From Terriglobia bacterium (GTDB lineage: Bacteria > Acidobacteriota > Terriglobia > JAIQFV01): a stretch of DNA of 64,000 nucleotides. The stretch's first letter is position 1. Every line of letters starts with the position of its first letter. The notes beneath the pieces are model-generated. The model was not told the origin of the DNA and did no database searches. It saw only the letters and a list, made by a program, of their open reading frames with translations. A program made the translations under genes and the position numbers. Shown here one piece after another: positions 41,263-50,372 of the stretch. Where the stretch lies: assembly GCA_020072965.1 (NCBI GenBank), contig JAIQFY010000011.1:14925-78924 (forward strand), given 5' to 3'.

Positions 41263-41652
41263 ATGTCAGTGATTGTGAATCATCGCGAAAAATACTCCTT
41301 CGAGGCCCACACCCGGAATCATCTGATCCTGAGTGATCAGCCGACTTCCTCTGGAGGCGGAGACTCGGCCATGACTCCGAATGAGCTATTCGTCTCCTCC
41401 TTGGGATTGAGCATGGCAGTCTATATCCAGCACTTCTTCCGGGCACGGAACCTGCCCGGCGATCGCTTTTCGCTCCACCTCGATTGGGAGCAGGAAGAGA
41501 ATCCAACCCGGATTTCCAAGGTGAGTGCCTGCATTCACCTCCCCCCGGAAGTGCCCGAACGTTATCGAGAAGGCCTGCGTCACGCCGCGGAATCCTGTCC
41601 CCTCGAACATACCTTGCGGGCTGCGCTCAAGATTGAGGTCCAAATCGGATAG
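41263..41652 (+). CDS. OsmC-family protein (first Cys replaced by Ser)
   Basis: SDQP..GGGDSAMTPNELFVSSLGLS...ESCPLEHTL. Confidence 0.82.
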   Translation: MSVIVNHREKYSFEAHTRNHLILSDQPTSSGGGDSAMTPNELFVSSLGLSMAVYIQHFFRARNLPGDRFSLHLDWEQEENPTRISKVSACIHLPPEVPERYREGLRHAAESCPLEHTLRAALKIEVQIG

Positions 41653-41690
41653 GGGAATTCAATGAACAGATACTCAAAGGAGGTGATCGA

Positions 41691-41813
41691 TTGAAGCGGC
41701 CAACCGGGGTTATCATCCTCCGGGTTCGGCCCTCGAAAGTACTTTCTTTCGGATCAGATTCCGCATCTGTGAACCCGAAGGAAATTCAATTCAAGCCAGT
41801 CCTCATAACGTAG
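41691..41813 (+). CDS. Putative 40-aa small peptide (MKRPTGVIILRVRPSKVLSFGSDSASVNPKEIQFKPVLIT)
   Basis: TTG start 7 nt after AAGGAGG within an extended AAGGAGGTGATC SD (41677-41688); below the ORF track cutoff. Confidence 0.4.
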   Translation: MKRPTGVIILRVRPSKVLSFGSDSASVNPKEIQFKPVLIT

Positions 41814-42010
41814 TTTCATTCAAATGCCTGGGGCTTGAGGCGGTTTTTCAACCATGGCGGGGTGAATGTCCAAGGGGAATTCATCCAAGAACGATCAGGC
41901 ATCAATGAGATGCTCGATGTTGATCATCGGAATCTATCAATCTGGTTCTTTCGTAATAGGATTTTCCAAAGTCAAACACGAACGGCAAACCTCTTCAGAA
42001 AGGAAACATC

Positions 42011-43285
42011 ATGACACCTACTATGACTCAAGGGTTAACTGAAACCTTGAATGCCTTCGAGATAGCTCAGAAGCAGTTCGCGGACGCGGCCGACATTTTA
42101 GGGCTGGACGAAGGAGTTCGCAAGAAACTCAGAACCCCCGAACGATGTCTCACCGTCGCCATCCCCACCCGGATGGACGACGGCCGGCTTGAGGTTTTCA
42201 TCGGGCATCGAGTACAACACAACACCACGCGCGGCCCCTCCAAGGGCGGCATCCGTTTTCATCCCAACGTCACCCTGGATGAAGTTAAAGCTCTGGCCAG
42301 CTGGATGACTTGGAAATGCGCGACGGTAGGAATCCCTTACGGCGGCGCCAAAGGCGGCATTACCTGCAACCCGAAGGAGATGTCCCAGGGTGAACTGGAA
42401 CGAATGACCCGCCGCTATGCCTCCGAGATTTCGCTCATTATCGGACCAGAGAAAGACATCCCCGCTCCGGATGTGTACACCAATGCCCAGACCATGGCCT
42501 GGATTATGGATACCTACTCCATGAACAAAGGCTATGCAGTGCCGGGCGTCGTTACCGGAAAGCCCCTCGCACTGGGTGGATCGCTCGGTCGGAATGAAGC
42601 CACAGCGCAGGGTTGCGTTTACATCATTGAAGAAGCTGCCAAGAAACTGGGAATCGATCTGAAGACCGCCACTGCCGTGATTCAAGGGTATGGGAACGCC
42701 GGATCCATCGCGGCCTATCTCCTCCATGACCTCGGAGTAAAAATCATTGCGGTCAGTGACTCCCGGGGAGGCATCTTGAACACCCAGGGATTCGATCCGA
42801 GAAAGGTGCTGGAGTTCAAAAATCAGACCGGCTCAGTGGTGGGTTTCCCGGGCACCGAATCGATCTCCAATGAAGAGATCCTCAATCTCAAGTGCGACGT
42901 CCTGGTCCCCGCTGCACTCGAAAACTGCATTACTCTGAAGAACGCTGTAAAGATCAATGCGAAAATCGTGGCCGAGGCGGCAAACGGGCCGACTACCCCG
43001 GGCGCCGACGAGATCCTCTTCGATCGCAAAATCGTTGTTCTTCCCGACATTCTCGCCAATGCGGGTGGAGTCACGGTCAGCTATTTCGAGTGGGTGCAAA
43101 ACGTTCAGGAATTGTACTGGGACATCGAGGACGTGAACTCCCGCTTGAAGAAGATCATGACCCGCAGCTTCAACGACGTCTATGCCATCCACAAGGACAA
43201 GAGGATCAACATGCGGAAGGCGGCGTACGTGCTTGCAGTCGGTCGCGTGGCAGAGGCCTTCAAGCTGCGTGGCCTGTTTCCATGA
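42011..43285 (+). CDS. gdhA: Glutamate dehydrogenase (Glu/Leu/Phe/Val family)
   Basis: RGPSKGGIRF, GGAKGG, DIPAPD, QGYGNAG, EAANGP, NAGGVTVSYFEW. Confidence 0.92.
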   Translation: MTPTMTQGLTETLNAFEIAQKQFADAADILGLDEGVRKKLRTPERCLTVAIPTRMDDGRLEVFIGHRVQHNTTRGPSKGGIRFHPNVTLDEVKALASWMTWKCATVGIPYGGAKGGITCNPKEMSQGELERMTRRYASEISLIIGPEKDIPAPDVYTNAQTMAWIMDTYSMNKGYAVPGVVTGKPLALGGSLGRNEATAQGCVYIIEEAAKKLGIDLKTATAVIQGYGNAGSIAAYLLHDLGVKIIAVSDSRGGILNTQGFDPRKVLEFKNQTGSVVGFPGTESISNEEILNLKCDVLVPAALENCITLKNAVKINAKIVAEAANGPTTPGADEILFDRKIVVLPDILANAGGVTVSYFEWVQNVQELYWDIEDVNSRLKKIMTRSFNDVYAIHKDKRINMRKAAYVLAVGRVAEAFKLRGLFP

Positions 43286-43537
43286 TCGGGTGTAGGACTC
43301 CTTTGAAATTGCGTGTTGCCTCAGCAGAAGGCTCGATACCAAACGTGGCGTTTGTTTGAGTGCGTAGGATATTCCCGAAAGGACGGCCTCAGGATGCCAG
43401 ACCTTTGCCGCCCTTTCGGGACCTCTTCCCTGTGTTCGGCCCGGCCCCGCACAGCCCCAAGCAAGAGATAATTTATATCCCCTGATAAGGAGAATAAAGA
43501 GGACCGTAGGGGTAGCGACCAACGATCTTTTTCCAAT

Positions 43538-44839
43538 ATGCGCCTAGACGTCACACTTAACAATTTCCGCAACCAGCGGGTCATCATCCATGCCAAGCAT
43601 GATTCCATCTCTATTTGTCTGAATCATTTCAACAACAGCCTCAACTTCGACCGTGAAGGGCGGATCATCTCCGTTTTTCTGAATGGCCATACATTCCAAC
43701 GCAGCGAAGACAATCGGTACCTGGTCAAATGGAAGACCGACAAGTTGGGTTCCCCCCTCACGATGCGCAGGTCACTCGAACCGAAGGAAATCCAGGAGTT
43801 TTTCACCAACGCGCGAGAGACAGTTCGTGAGGTCCTCGAGGCATTACAACTGCAGAAAATGAAAGCTCTTATCGAGCAGCATATCCCGGTCAGTGAGGCT
43901 AAAGCGGTACAGGAGTGGATGCAGCGGATCCTCACTTACACCCTGGATCGGTACGCCGAGCGAGCCAGGGAATTTCTTCAAATCTATAAACCCATCAGTA
44001 TCCTGCCGCCAGACCAGTACCGCTCACTGGTGGTCCAGGGGACCGAAGGATGCCACTATAACCAGTGCAGCTTTTGCACTTTCTACAAGGACCGCGAGTT
44101 CCGAATTAAAACGCCAGCGGAGTTCCGAAAACATCTCAAGGACATTCGGAAGTATTACGGCGAATCCCTCCGCCTGCGCCGAACTATCTTTCTCGGTGAC
44201 GCCAACGCCATCGTGACGCCCCAGAAAACCCTCCTGAAGTTTCTCGACGCCATCAATGAGGAGTTCGATATCACCCCGCCCGGGATGGAGAAAGAAGATC
44301 GCACCCTTTGGAAGAAGGCTCATCCCATCCACTTCAACGGGATCGTGTCCTTCATGGATTGCTTCACCTCCAAGCAAAAAACCGTTGATGAGTTCAAGGA
44401 GATGGCAGCTCGAAATCTCAAACGAGTTTATATAGGCGTTGAGACGGGAAGTGATCCGCTCCTGGCCTTCCTTAACAAACCCGGCCGGAGTGAAGAGATT
44501 TGCGAAGCCGTGGACCATGTCAAGAAAGCTGATCTGTCCGTGGGCCTGATTATCATGGTGGGGATTGGAGGAATGAAATTCAATGCGGAGCATATCGAAA
44601 AAACGGTCAAGCTGTTGCGCTCGCTCCCGCTTAGCGAGCACGACCTGATTTACTTTTCGGAGTTTGTCCAGCTCCCGGAAATGCCCTATACGCATAAAGC
44701 CCTGGAAGAGCGAATCCGCCCCCTTTCACCCACACAGATCAAAACCCAAATGACCTTAATGCGCCAACAACTCCGAGCCACCTATCCCGTCCCTCCTGCG
44801 AAGCTCTCGGTCTACGACGTCAGGGATTTCATGTACTGA
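43538..44839 (+). CDS. Radical SAM protein (CX4CX2C variant) with N-terminal extension
   Basis: ILPPDQY..QGTEGCHYNQCSFCTFY, FLGDANA, YIGVETGSD. Confidence 0.85.
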   Translation: MRLDVTLNNFRNQRVIIHAKHDSISICLNHFNNSLNFDREGRIISVFLNGHTFQRSEDNRYLVKWKTDKLGSPLTMRRSLEPKEIQEFFTNARETVREVLEALQLQKMKALIEQHIPVSEAKAVQEWMQRILTYTLDRYAERAREFLQIYKPISILPPDQYRSLVVQGTEGCHYNQCSFCTFYKDREFRIKTPAEFRKHLKDIRKYYGESLRLRRTIFLGDANAIVTPQKTLLKFLDAINEEFDITPPGMEKEDRTLWKKAHPIHFNGIVSFMDCFTSKQKTVDEFKEMAARNLKRVYIGVETGSDPLLAFLNKPGRSEEICEAVDHVKKADLSVGLIIMVGIGGMKFNAEHIEKTVKLLRSLPLSEHDLIYFSEFVQLPEMPYTHKALEERIRPLSPTQIKTQMTLMRQQLRATYPVPPAKLSVYDVRDFMY

Positions 44840-45457
44840 TCCGGCCCCCTCTCTCGGTTCCCTCGCGGCTTCAGGTCGTAGATCCAGTCTTTTCTCTCCT
44901 CATGCCTTGTCCCCCTTGCAGGGATTTATTCTTACCCTCGAATTAGTTCCGAGAGAAGGGATTGGCCCCTTTTTGACATGAAGTCTCCGTCTTCTGATTC
45001 AACTTACTGAGAGTTTGCTGAAAATTCCATTTAATTCGACTTTCCAGGAGGAGTCCTCTCTCGACTCATAGGATATGTCCGTCTAGATAGCCAGATCACA
45101 GACAACCTGGCCCATACTCCCCTCCCCCGAGACGCCCGAAGCCCGGTATCCGCATGCTCTCAATGTCTGGGGGATTGAGTTACTCTCACCAATTCCACAG
45201 GTCGCTGTCCGGCTACGAGTAGAAGACGGTGCCTTCCACGGACTCTGCTGCCCCTGGTGCTGCAGCCAGGATCGAGACCTCCAAGAGCAAACCCGGACTC
45301 TTCCTTCCTTTGATTGCCCTTTTGGAACCATCGTGAACTAAATGATCTGAAATAAAAAGTCCGATATTTCCCTGCTAGAGGGCCAAAAAGTCCTTTAAAT
45401 CTCCTCAGCTGGATCGATATCCTGACGTCCCACACAGCCAATTTTCCATCCTCCTTT

Positions 45458-45494
45458 TGCAACCCTCCGATGAAACATTCTGTTGCACTGCAAC
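45458..45494. promoter_or_regulatory. Candidate upstream activator sequence
   Basis: TGCAAC-N7-TGAAAC-N5-GTTGCA-C-TGCAAC; IHF-like AATCAG-N4-TTA on the minus strand at 45539-45551. Confidence 0.55.
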
Positions 45495-45597
45495 AGTGGC
45501 ATTCCTCAGCGCCTGGAACAAGAGTTTTAAATTTCATCTAATCTGCTGATTCTAAATACTATGCTAATACAGCCTTTTCTTTGAACTCCAGACTTCA

Positions 45598-45686
45598 TTG
45601 GCGTACGAATTGCTAATCCTATATGTGAATTTTTGCACTAAGATTCACCATTGCCAGCAGTTCGGCGCAATGGCACCCGGAATGCT
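45598..45686 (+). promoter_or_regulatory. Two tandem sigma54 promoters flanking a Rex/CRP-like box
   Basis: TTGGCGTACGAATTGCT (45598-45614), ATGTGAA-TTTT-TGCACTA (45623-45640), ATGGCACCCGGAATGCT (45670-45686). Confidence 0.65.
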
Positions 45687-45871
45687 GATGAATCAAACAT
45701 TGAATCTGGGATGTAGCCGCAAATGATTAATGACAACTCCGGTCTAAATTGGATAGAATCTGCCCTTGCTTCCTGCTCGCCTCTTTTAAGGTCAATCACT
45801 CTCGTTGCCATTCCTGGAAACAATTTGCTTCTTTGAGCACACCACCTAGTATGAACTACAAGGAGATTACT

Positions 45872-46873
45872 ATGACCTCATTCACGGGCCCGCTGAAGGC
45901 GATCAAGATGACGCTCATCAGCGGCTTAGTGCTTGTGGGACTTGTGGGCGCCTTTTCCCTTTCCTTCTCGAAGTCGGCCAAGCCCGACAAGGGAAAGACT
46001 CCGCAAGCCACGTCGGCGAATTACAAGGCGGAGGACTATGTTGGGGCTGACACCTGCAAGACCTGCCACGAAGAGATTTACAACAATTTCCAAAAGACGG
46101 GCCACTTCAAACTGACGCGATATGGCAACTGGACGGCCGACAACAAAGGCTGCGAAGCCTGTCACGGACCGGGCAAGGCCCACGTGGATGGAGGCGGTGA
46201 TAAGACCAAGATTCATACGTTCGAGGATCAATCAGCCAAACAGATATCTGAAACGTGTCTCCGTTGCCATGCCGGAAAAGAGGAACACAACAATTTCCGA
46301 CGGGGTGAACACTGGCGGAACGATGTGAGCTGTATCAACTGTCATGCGCCCCATTCGCCAACGGCCACAGATCTTAAAATGTTGGTCCAGAAGGAACCGA
46401 TGCTCTGCATCTCCTGCCACAGCGAGATCAAAGCGCAGTTCAATATGCCTTTCCGTCACAAGGTGATGGAAAACACCACGAAGGGCAACGTGCTGGAAGG
46501 CACCATGAAGTGTACTGATTGCCATAATCCTCATGGCGGGTTTGAACAGAAGCAGGTGAGGCTGGCAACGGGAGGAGATGCCCCCTGCATGAAGTGTCAC
46601 GCCGACAAACAGGGACCCTTTGTATTCGAGCATGCGCCGTTGAGGGAGGAGGGTTGCACGATTTGCCATATCCCGCACGGGTCGAATAATCCAAAACTGC
46701 TGAAGCGCAATGAAGTCCGGATACTCTGCCTGGAATGCCACAGCAATGCGGGCACCGTGGGAGCGCCTGATACTCCGTCGTTCCATAACCAGGCAACAGC
46801 GCGATTCCAGAACTGCACGACCTGCCATGTCAAGATTCACGGCTCGAATCTCGATCGATTCTACTTCCGTTGA
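45872..46873 (+). CDS. DmsE/MtrA-family decaheme c-type cytochrome
   Basis: 10 CxxCH motifs; YVGADTCKTCH, CEACHGPG..H, GPFVFEH, IHGSN; AAGGAG RBS. Confidence 0.92.
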   Translation: MTSFTGPLKAIKMTLISGLVLVGLVGAFSLSFSKSAKPDKGKTPQATSANYKAEDYVGADTCKTCHEEIYNNFQKTGHFKLTRYGNWTADNKGCEACHGPGKAHVDGGGDKTKIHTFEDQSAKQISETCLRCHAGKEEHNNFRRGEHWRNDVSCINCHAPHSPTATDLKMLVQKEPMLCISCHSEIKAQFNMPFRHKVMENTTKGNVLEGTMKCTDCHNPHGGFEQKQVRLATGGDAPCMKCHADKQGPFVFEHAPLREEGCTICHIPHGSNNPKLLKRNEVRILCLECHSNAGTVGAPDTPSFHNQATARFQNCTTCHVKIHGSNLDRFYFR

Positions 46874-46922
46874 CGTGTGAGGGGCCTACACCGCTAACGA
46901 TATTTTTGGAGAAACGCACATC

Positions 46923-48932
46923 ATGAAAAATAAAATCGGATTCACGCTTTTGATCGTGCTGGGGATCGCGATGGGGGCATTGGTGGTCCGTGCACAGTCC
47001 ACTCCCCCCTCCAGCGATACGGTCCTGGGGGGTTATACCGTGACCCAGGATGCCGAGTTGGGGGTGCGGTTTTTGGGCCGAGACGGGAATGAGAATAAAT
47101 ACCGCAGCGATCTGAATTACGGCCGGGGCTTCCGGCTCTTCAACTATGATTTCCTGGCGCGATCGAAGGACGGCCACGGAGGCTTTTTTGATCTATTCCG
47201 TGTGACGGCGCTCGGCTGGGGTGGGGATCCCAACGAGTTTCTGCGCGTGGATGTCGAGAAGAACAAGTGGTACCGTTTTGATGCCACTTTCCGCCAGTTT
47301 GATTATTTCAACAACCTCACCAATCTGGCGCTGAACCAGCACCTCGCCGATAACAGTCGCAAATTCGACGATTTCAATTTGGCGCTCTTCCCTGACAATC
47401 AGCACTTCAAGTTTTACGTCGGTTACACGTTTGACAAGAGCAGTGGGAATGCGACCACGACGTACGATTACCAGCGCGATGAGTTCCCCATCCAGTCTAA
47501 AGTCCGGTCCGTGGCCAATGACTGGCGGGTCGGCTTTGATGCCAAGGTGTGGGTGTTTGACCTTTCCTTTCTCCAGGGATACCGCATTTTTAAGGACGAT
47601 ACTACTTACGTGGTTCCCTCTCTTAATGTGGGAAATAACCCGACGAATACCAGCGTCATTAATTTCTTAACGCGGGATGTGCCGTCGCGCACCCACATGC
47701 CCTTTACCCGTTTCAGTGCCCACACGCTGATCAAGAAGAAGCTGGACTTTACCGGTCGGTTCATTTACTCAACTGGGACCACCACCTATAATTTCGCAGA
47801 GGCCGTGAAGGGGGTCGATGCCTCCAACAACAACATTCTCCTGGATCTTTTCAATGGACCCGGGAGCGCCCGGCGGCCTAACGGCATTGGTGATTTGGGG
47901 GCGAGTTTCTTTGCCACCGACCGTTTGACCATCTCGGAGACCTTCCGAGTAAACACTTTCCGCATTTCGGGCGGGTCGAACGTCTTCGAATCGTTGTTCC
48001 GCACTCGCACGACGGCATTTGGAACAACTACGCTTCCTCCGACTTTCATTTCCTCCCTGATCTTCGAACTGGTCGGATATCGTTTGTTCTCCAATTACAT
48101 TGAGGGGGACTACAAGTTCAGTCCAAAATTCTCCGGACATGTCGGTTATCGATATACGTCGCGGCGGGTGGAGTTGGGTACCTCGATTCAACCGCCTTTG
48201 GGAACGGCGCTCGATACCGACACCCAGTTCAACCACACCAACTCGGTGGTGGTGGGGTTCAAAGCACGCCCCGCTTCCATCTGGACCGTCTATTTTGACT
48301 TTGAGCGTGGCACGGCGGACAACGTGTTCACGCGGCTCTCCAATTACAACTACACCAACTTCCGCGTGCGCACCAGTGTCAAGCCGACAAAGACCCTGAC
48401 ATTTAACGCTTCCCTGGTGACCCGCGACAACAACAACCCCGCCCTCACCCAGGGGGGTCAGAACTTCGGTGTTGATGCCAAGGGGCGGATCTTTAGCGCG
48501 TCAGCGGATTTCAGCCCCAACTCGAAATTTACTTTCACAAGCGGCTATACCTATAACCGCCTTACCTCCGATTCCTCTATCATCTTTTTCCTCGGGGGCA
48601 TCCAGACCACAGGAACCAGCTTGTATTTCCTGAGGGACCATTACTTCTTTTTCAATTCCCACGTCCAGCTCCATCCTCGAGTGGGCCTTTTCTTCGGCTA
48701 TCGCATCGAGAAGGACACCGGCCAGGGAGACCAGGTTGCGAGTTCGCCGAGCCAGTTGATTTCGTCCTATCCGTTGCAGTTCCACTCACCCGAGGTTCGG
48801 TTGACTTTCAAACTGCTTGAGCATCTGGATTGGAATGCCGGGTTCCAGCGGTATGATTACAAGGAGAAATTCCTGAACAACCAAAACTACCGAGCGAATT
48901 TGCCTTACACTTCGCTTCGGCTCTACTTCTGA
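46923..48932 (+). CDS. Outer-membrane beta-barrel porin, MtrB/PioB-like
   Basis: Signal peptide, amphipathic beta strands rich in Y/F, C-terminal LRLYF; directly downstream of the decaheme cytochrome. Confidence 0.8.
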   Translation: MKNKIGFTLLIVLGIAMGALVVRAQSTPPSSDTVLGGYTVTQDAELGVRFLGRDGNENKYRSDLNYGRGFRLFNYDFLARSKDGHGGFFDLFRVTALGWGGDPNEFLRVDVEKNKWYRFDATFRQFDYFNNLTNLALNQHLADNSRKFDDFNLALFPDNQHFKFYVGYTFDKSSGNATTTYDYQRDEFPIQSKVRSVANDWRVGFDAKVWVFDLSFLQGYRIFKDDTTYVVPSLNVGNNPTNTSVINFLTRDVPSRTHMPFTRFSAHTLIKKKLDFTGRFIYSTGTTTYNFAEAVKGVDASNNNILLDLFNGPGSARRPNGIGDLGASFFATDRLTISETFRVNTFRISGGSNVFESLFRTRTTAFGTTTLPPTFISSLIFELVGYRLFSNYIEGDYKFSPKFSGHVGYRYTSRRVELGTSIQPPLGTALDTDTQFNHTNSVVVGFKARPASIWTVYFDFERGTADNVFTRLSNYNYTNFRVRTSVKPTKTLTFNASLVTRDNNNPALTQGGQNFGVDAKGRIFSASADFSPNSKFTFTSGYTYNRLTSDSSIIFFLGGIQTTGTSLYFLRDHYFFFNSHVQLHPRVGLFFGYRIEKDTGQGDQVASSPSQLISSYPLQFHSPEVRLTFKLLEHLDWNAGFQRYDYKEKFLNNQNYRANLPYTSLRLYF

Positions 48933-49188
48933 GCGATGCCAATTACGCTCGAGGTAAAACCATTGGACCAAGAAGGATTATTCTTATCGATAAACTCTAG
49001 ATGTCGCGCCTGCAACGATCCGTGATACGGACGCGGACACATCGACTTCGGAAGCTGATCGTCCGATATTTTAAACAGCCACTCCTGCAGGGGGCTGCAC
49101 CTTAAGTCAAGGAGGTAGAAAACCATGGCCATGGCAGATTATGACAATGACCCCTAACCTATAGGTTGCCGATTTTTTTCGTCTACAT

Positions 49189-49206
49189 TTGTGAAAGCAT
49201 TCACAT
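49189..49206. promoter_or_regulatory. Rex/CRP-like box
   Basis: TTGTGAA-AGCA-TTCACAT, ending 28 nt before the cytochrome start codon. Confidence 0.65.
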
Positions 49207-49234
49207 GACGTTAACGTCAGAAAGGATCATTTTT

Positions 49235-50194
49235 ATGGTAAAGAAGCTCATATTAGCATTTACGTTCTTACTTGTTCTTGCAAGCCTATCTTTGGCCGCC
49301 AATCCCACTCCGGCACCGCTCAATGTCCCGACCTACAACTATTCGGAGTCGAATGGCTGTCCGAGTTGTCACTTCTCGTCGGGAACGGCAGGCGATCACA
49401 TGATGGAAGCGGTCGGCATGAGTATCGACAAGGGCAACACTGCTTTCACGCTCTCTGGCAGTGGCTGGCGTGCATCCCGGCATGCTCAATCCAACCATGG
49501 GTCCACGCAAAATACCTTCTGTGCAAAATGCCACTCTCCTCTTCAAGCCACACCTCAAGCGACCTTTAACAATGGGTTCCTGGAGAACACGGCGTTGATC
49601 GCTGATGGCCAAATGGAAGGTGTCACCTGTGCGGGGTGCCATCCGCCCCACGCCACCGTTCCTCGCCTTGGGATTTACCATTTCGGTCAGGACAAGACCA
49701 AGGCATCATCGTACACATTGATTCAGGAAGATGAGCAGGACCTGCTTTGCCTCAACTGCCACGTCAACCGACACAACGAGACCAACACTGCCTTTAAGCG
49801 GATGTACGACGCCGGCGTGCAGTGCACGGATTGCCACATGGCTCGCTATGGATTGACCAACAATGGTCAGGGTACAGTCCAAAAGCGCTTCCATGATTTC
49901 AAGGTGGCAGAGAATCTACCGTATTCCTGCGGTGTCGACGGGGCGGTTTCTGGATTCCGGTGCCATCCCGGCTTCAGCACAGAAGCAACTCTCGCCTTCC
50001 TGCCCTTCCTGAAGGAGCAGCACAGCGATTGGTGGCCTCTGACTCAGAGTGCCGGCAAGAGAGGCAATGCGACGGCTACTAGGACCCTGGCAACACCGGC
50101 CGATTATATGGACCTCTGGAAAGAGATCCAGAACGGGACTACCCGGGTGCAGAGCGAAGCGAAACGAGTGGATCGAACTCAAGCTGCCCAGTAA
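49235..50194 (+). CDS. Periplasmic multiheme cytochrome c (5 CxxCH plus one CX10CH)
   Basis: Sec signal; CPSCH, CAKCH, CAGCH, CLNCH, CTDCHM, CGVDGAVSGFRCH. Confidence 0.85.
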   Translation: MVKKLILAFTFLLVLASLSLAANPTPAPLNVPTYNYSESNGCPSCHFSSGTAGDHMMEAVGMSIDKGNTAFTLSGSGWRASRHAQSNHGSTQNTFCAKCHSPLQATPQATFNNGFLENTALIADGQMEGVTCAGCHPPHATVPRLGIYHFGQDKTKASSYTLIQEDEQDLLCLNCHVNRHNETNTAFKRMYDAGVQCTDCHMARYGLTNNGQGTVQKRFHDFKVAENLPYSCGVDGAVSGFRCHPGFSTEATLAFLPFLKEQHSDWWPLTQSAGKRGNATATRTLATPADYMDLWKEIQNGTTRVQSEAKRVDRTQAAQ

Positions 50195-50238
50195 ACTTTT
50201 GATTCGCTTGACGGTAGCATTCTGAATTCTATTTGTCT

Positions 50239-50297
50239 GGGCCGCGTGGAAATTGAGGGAAGGCGACCCTTCATCATTTCTTTTGCGGCCCTTTTTT
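50239..50297 (+). terminator. Long hairpin with U-tract (copy 1 of 3)
   Basis: GGGCCGC...GCGGCCC followed by T6. Confidence 0.7.
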
Positions 50298-50306
50298 ATT
50301 GCAAAA

Positions 50307-50324
50307 ATGTGAATTTATTCACAA
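50307..50324. promoter_or_regulatory. Rex/CRP-like box
   Basis: ATGTGAA-TTTA-TTCACAA upstream of the split-Soret cytochrome. Confidence 0.65.
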
Positions 50325-50372
50325 GTAAGTCGTGCCATTGATTTCAAACTCAATCATAGGAGGTAGTACTAA

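Noticed and set aside
41677-41688. 16S rRNA 3' end fragment on the minus strand
   Set aside because: Only 12 nt match and the flanks are not rRNA-like; better read as an SD sequence
44840-45540. Minus-strand ORFs 45083-45331 and 45160-45537
   Set aside because: No recognisable motifs, and the longer one overlaps the mtrA regulatory region
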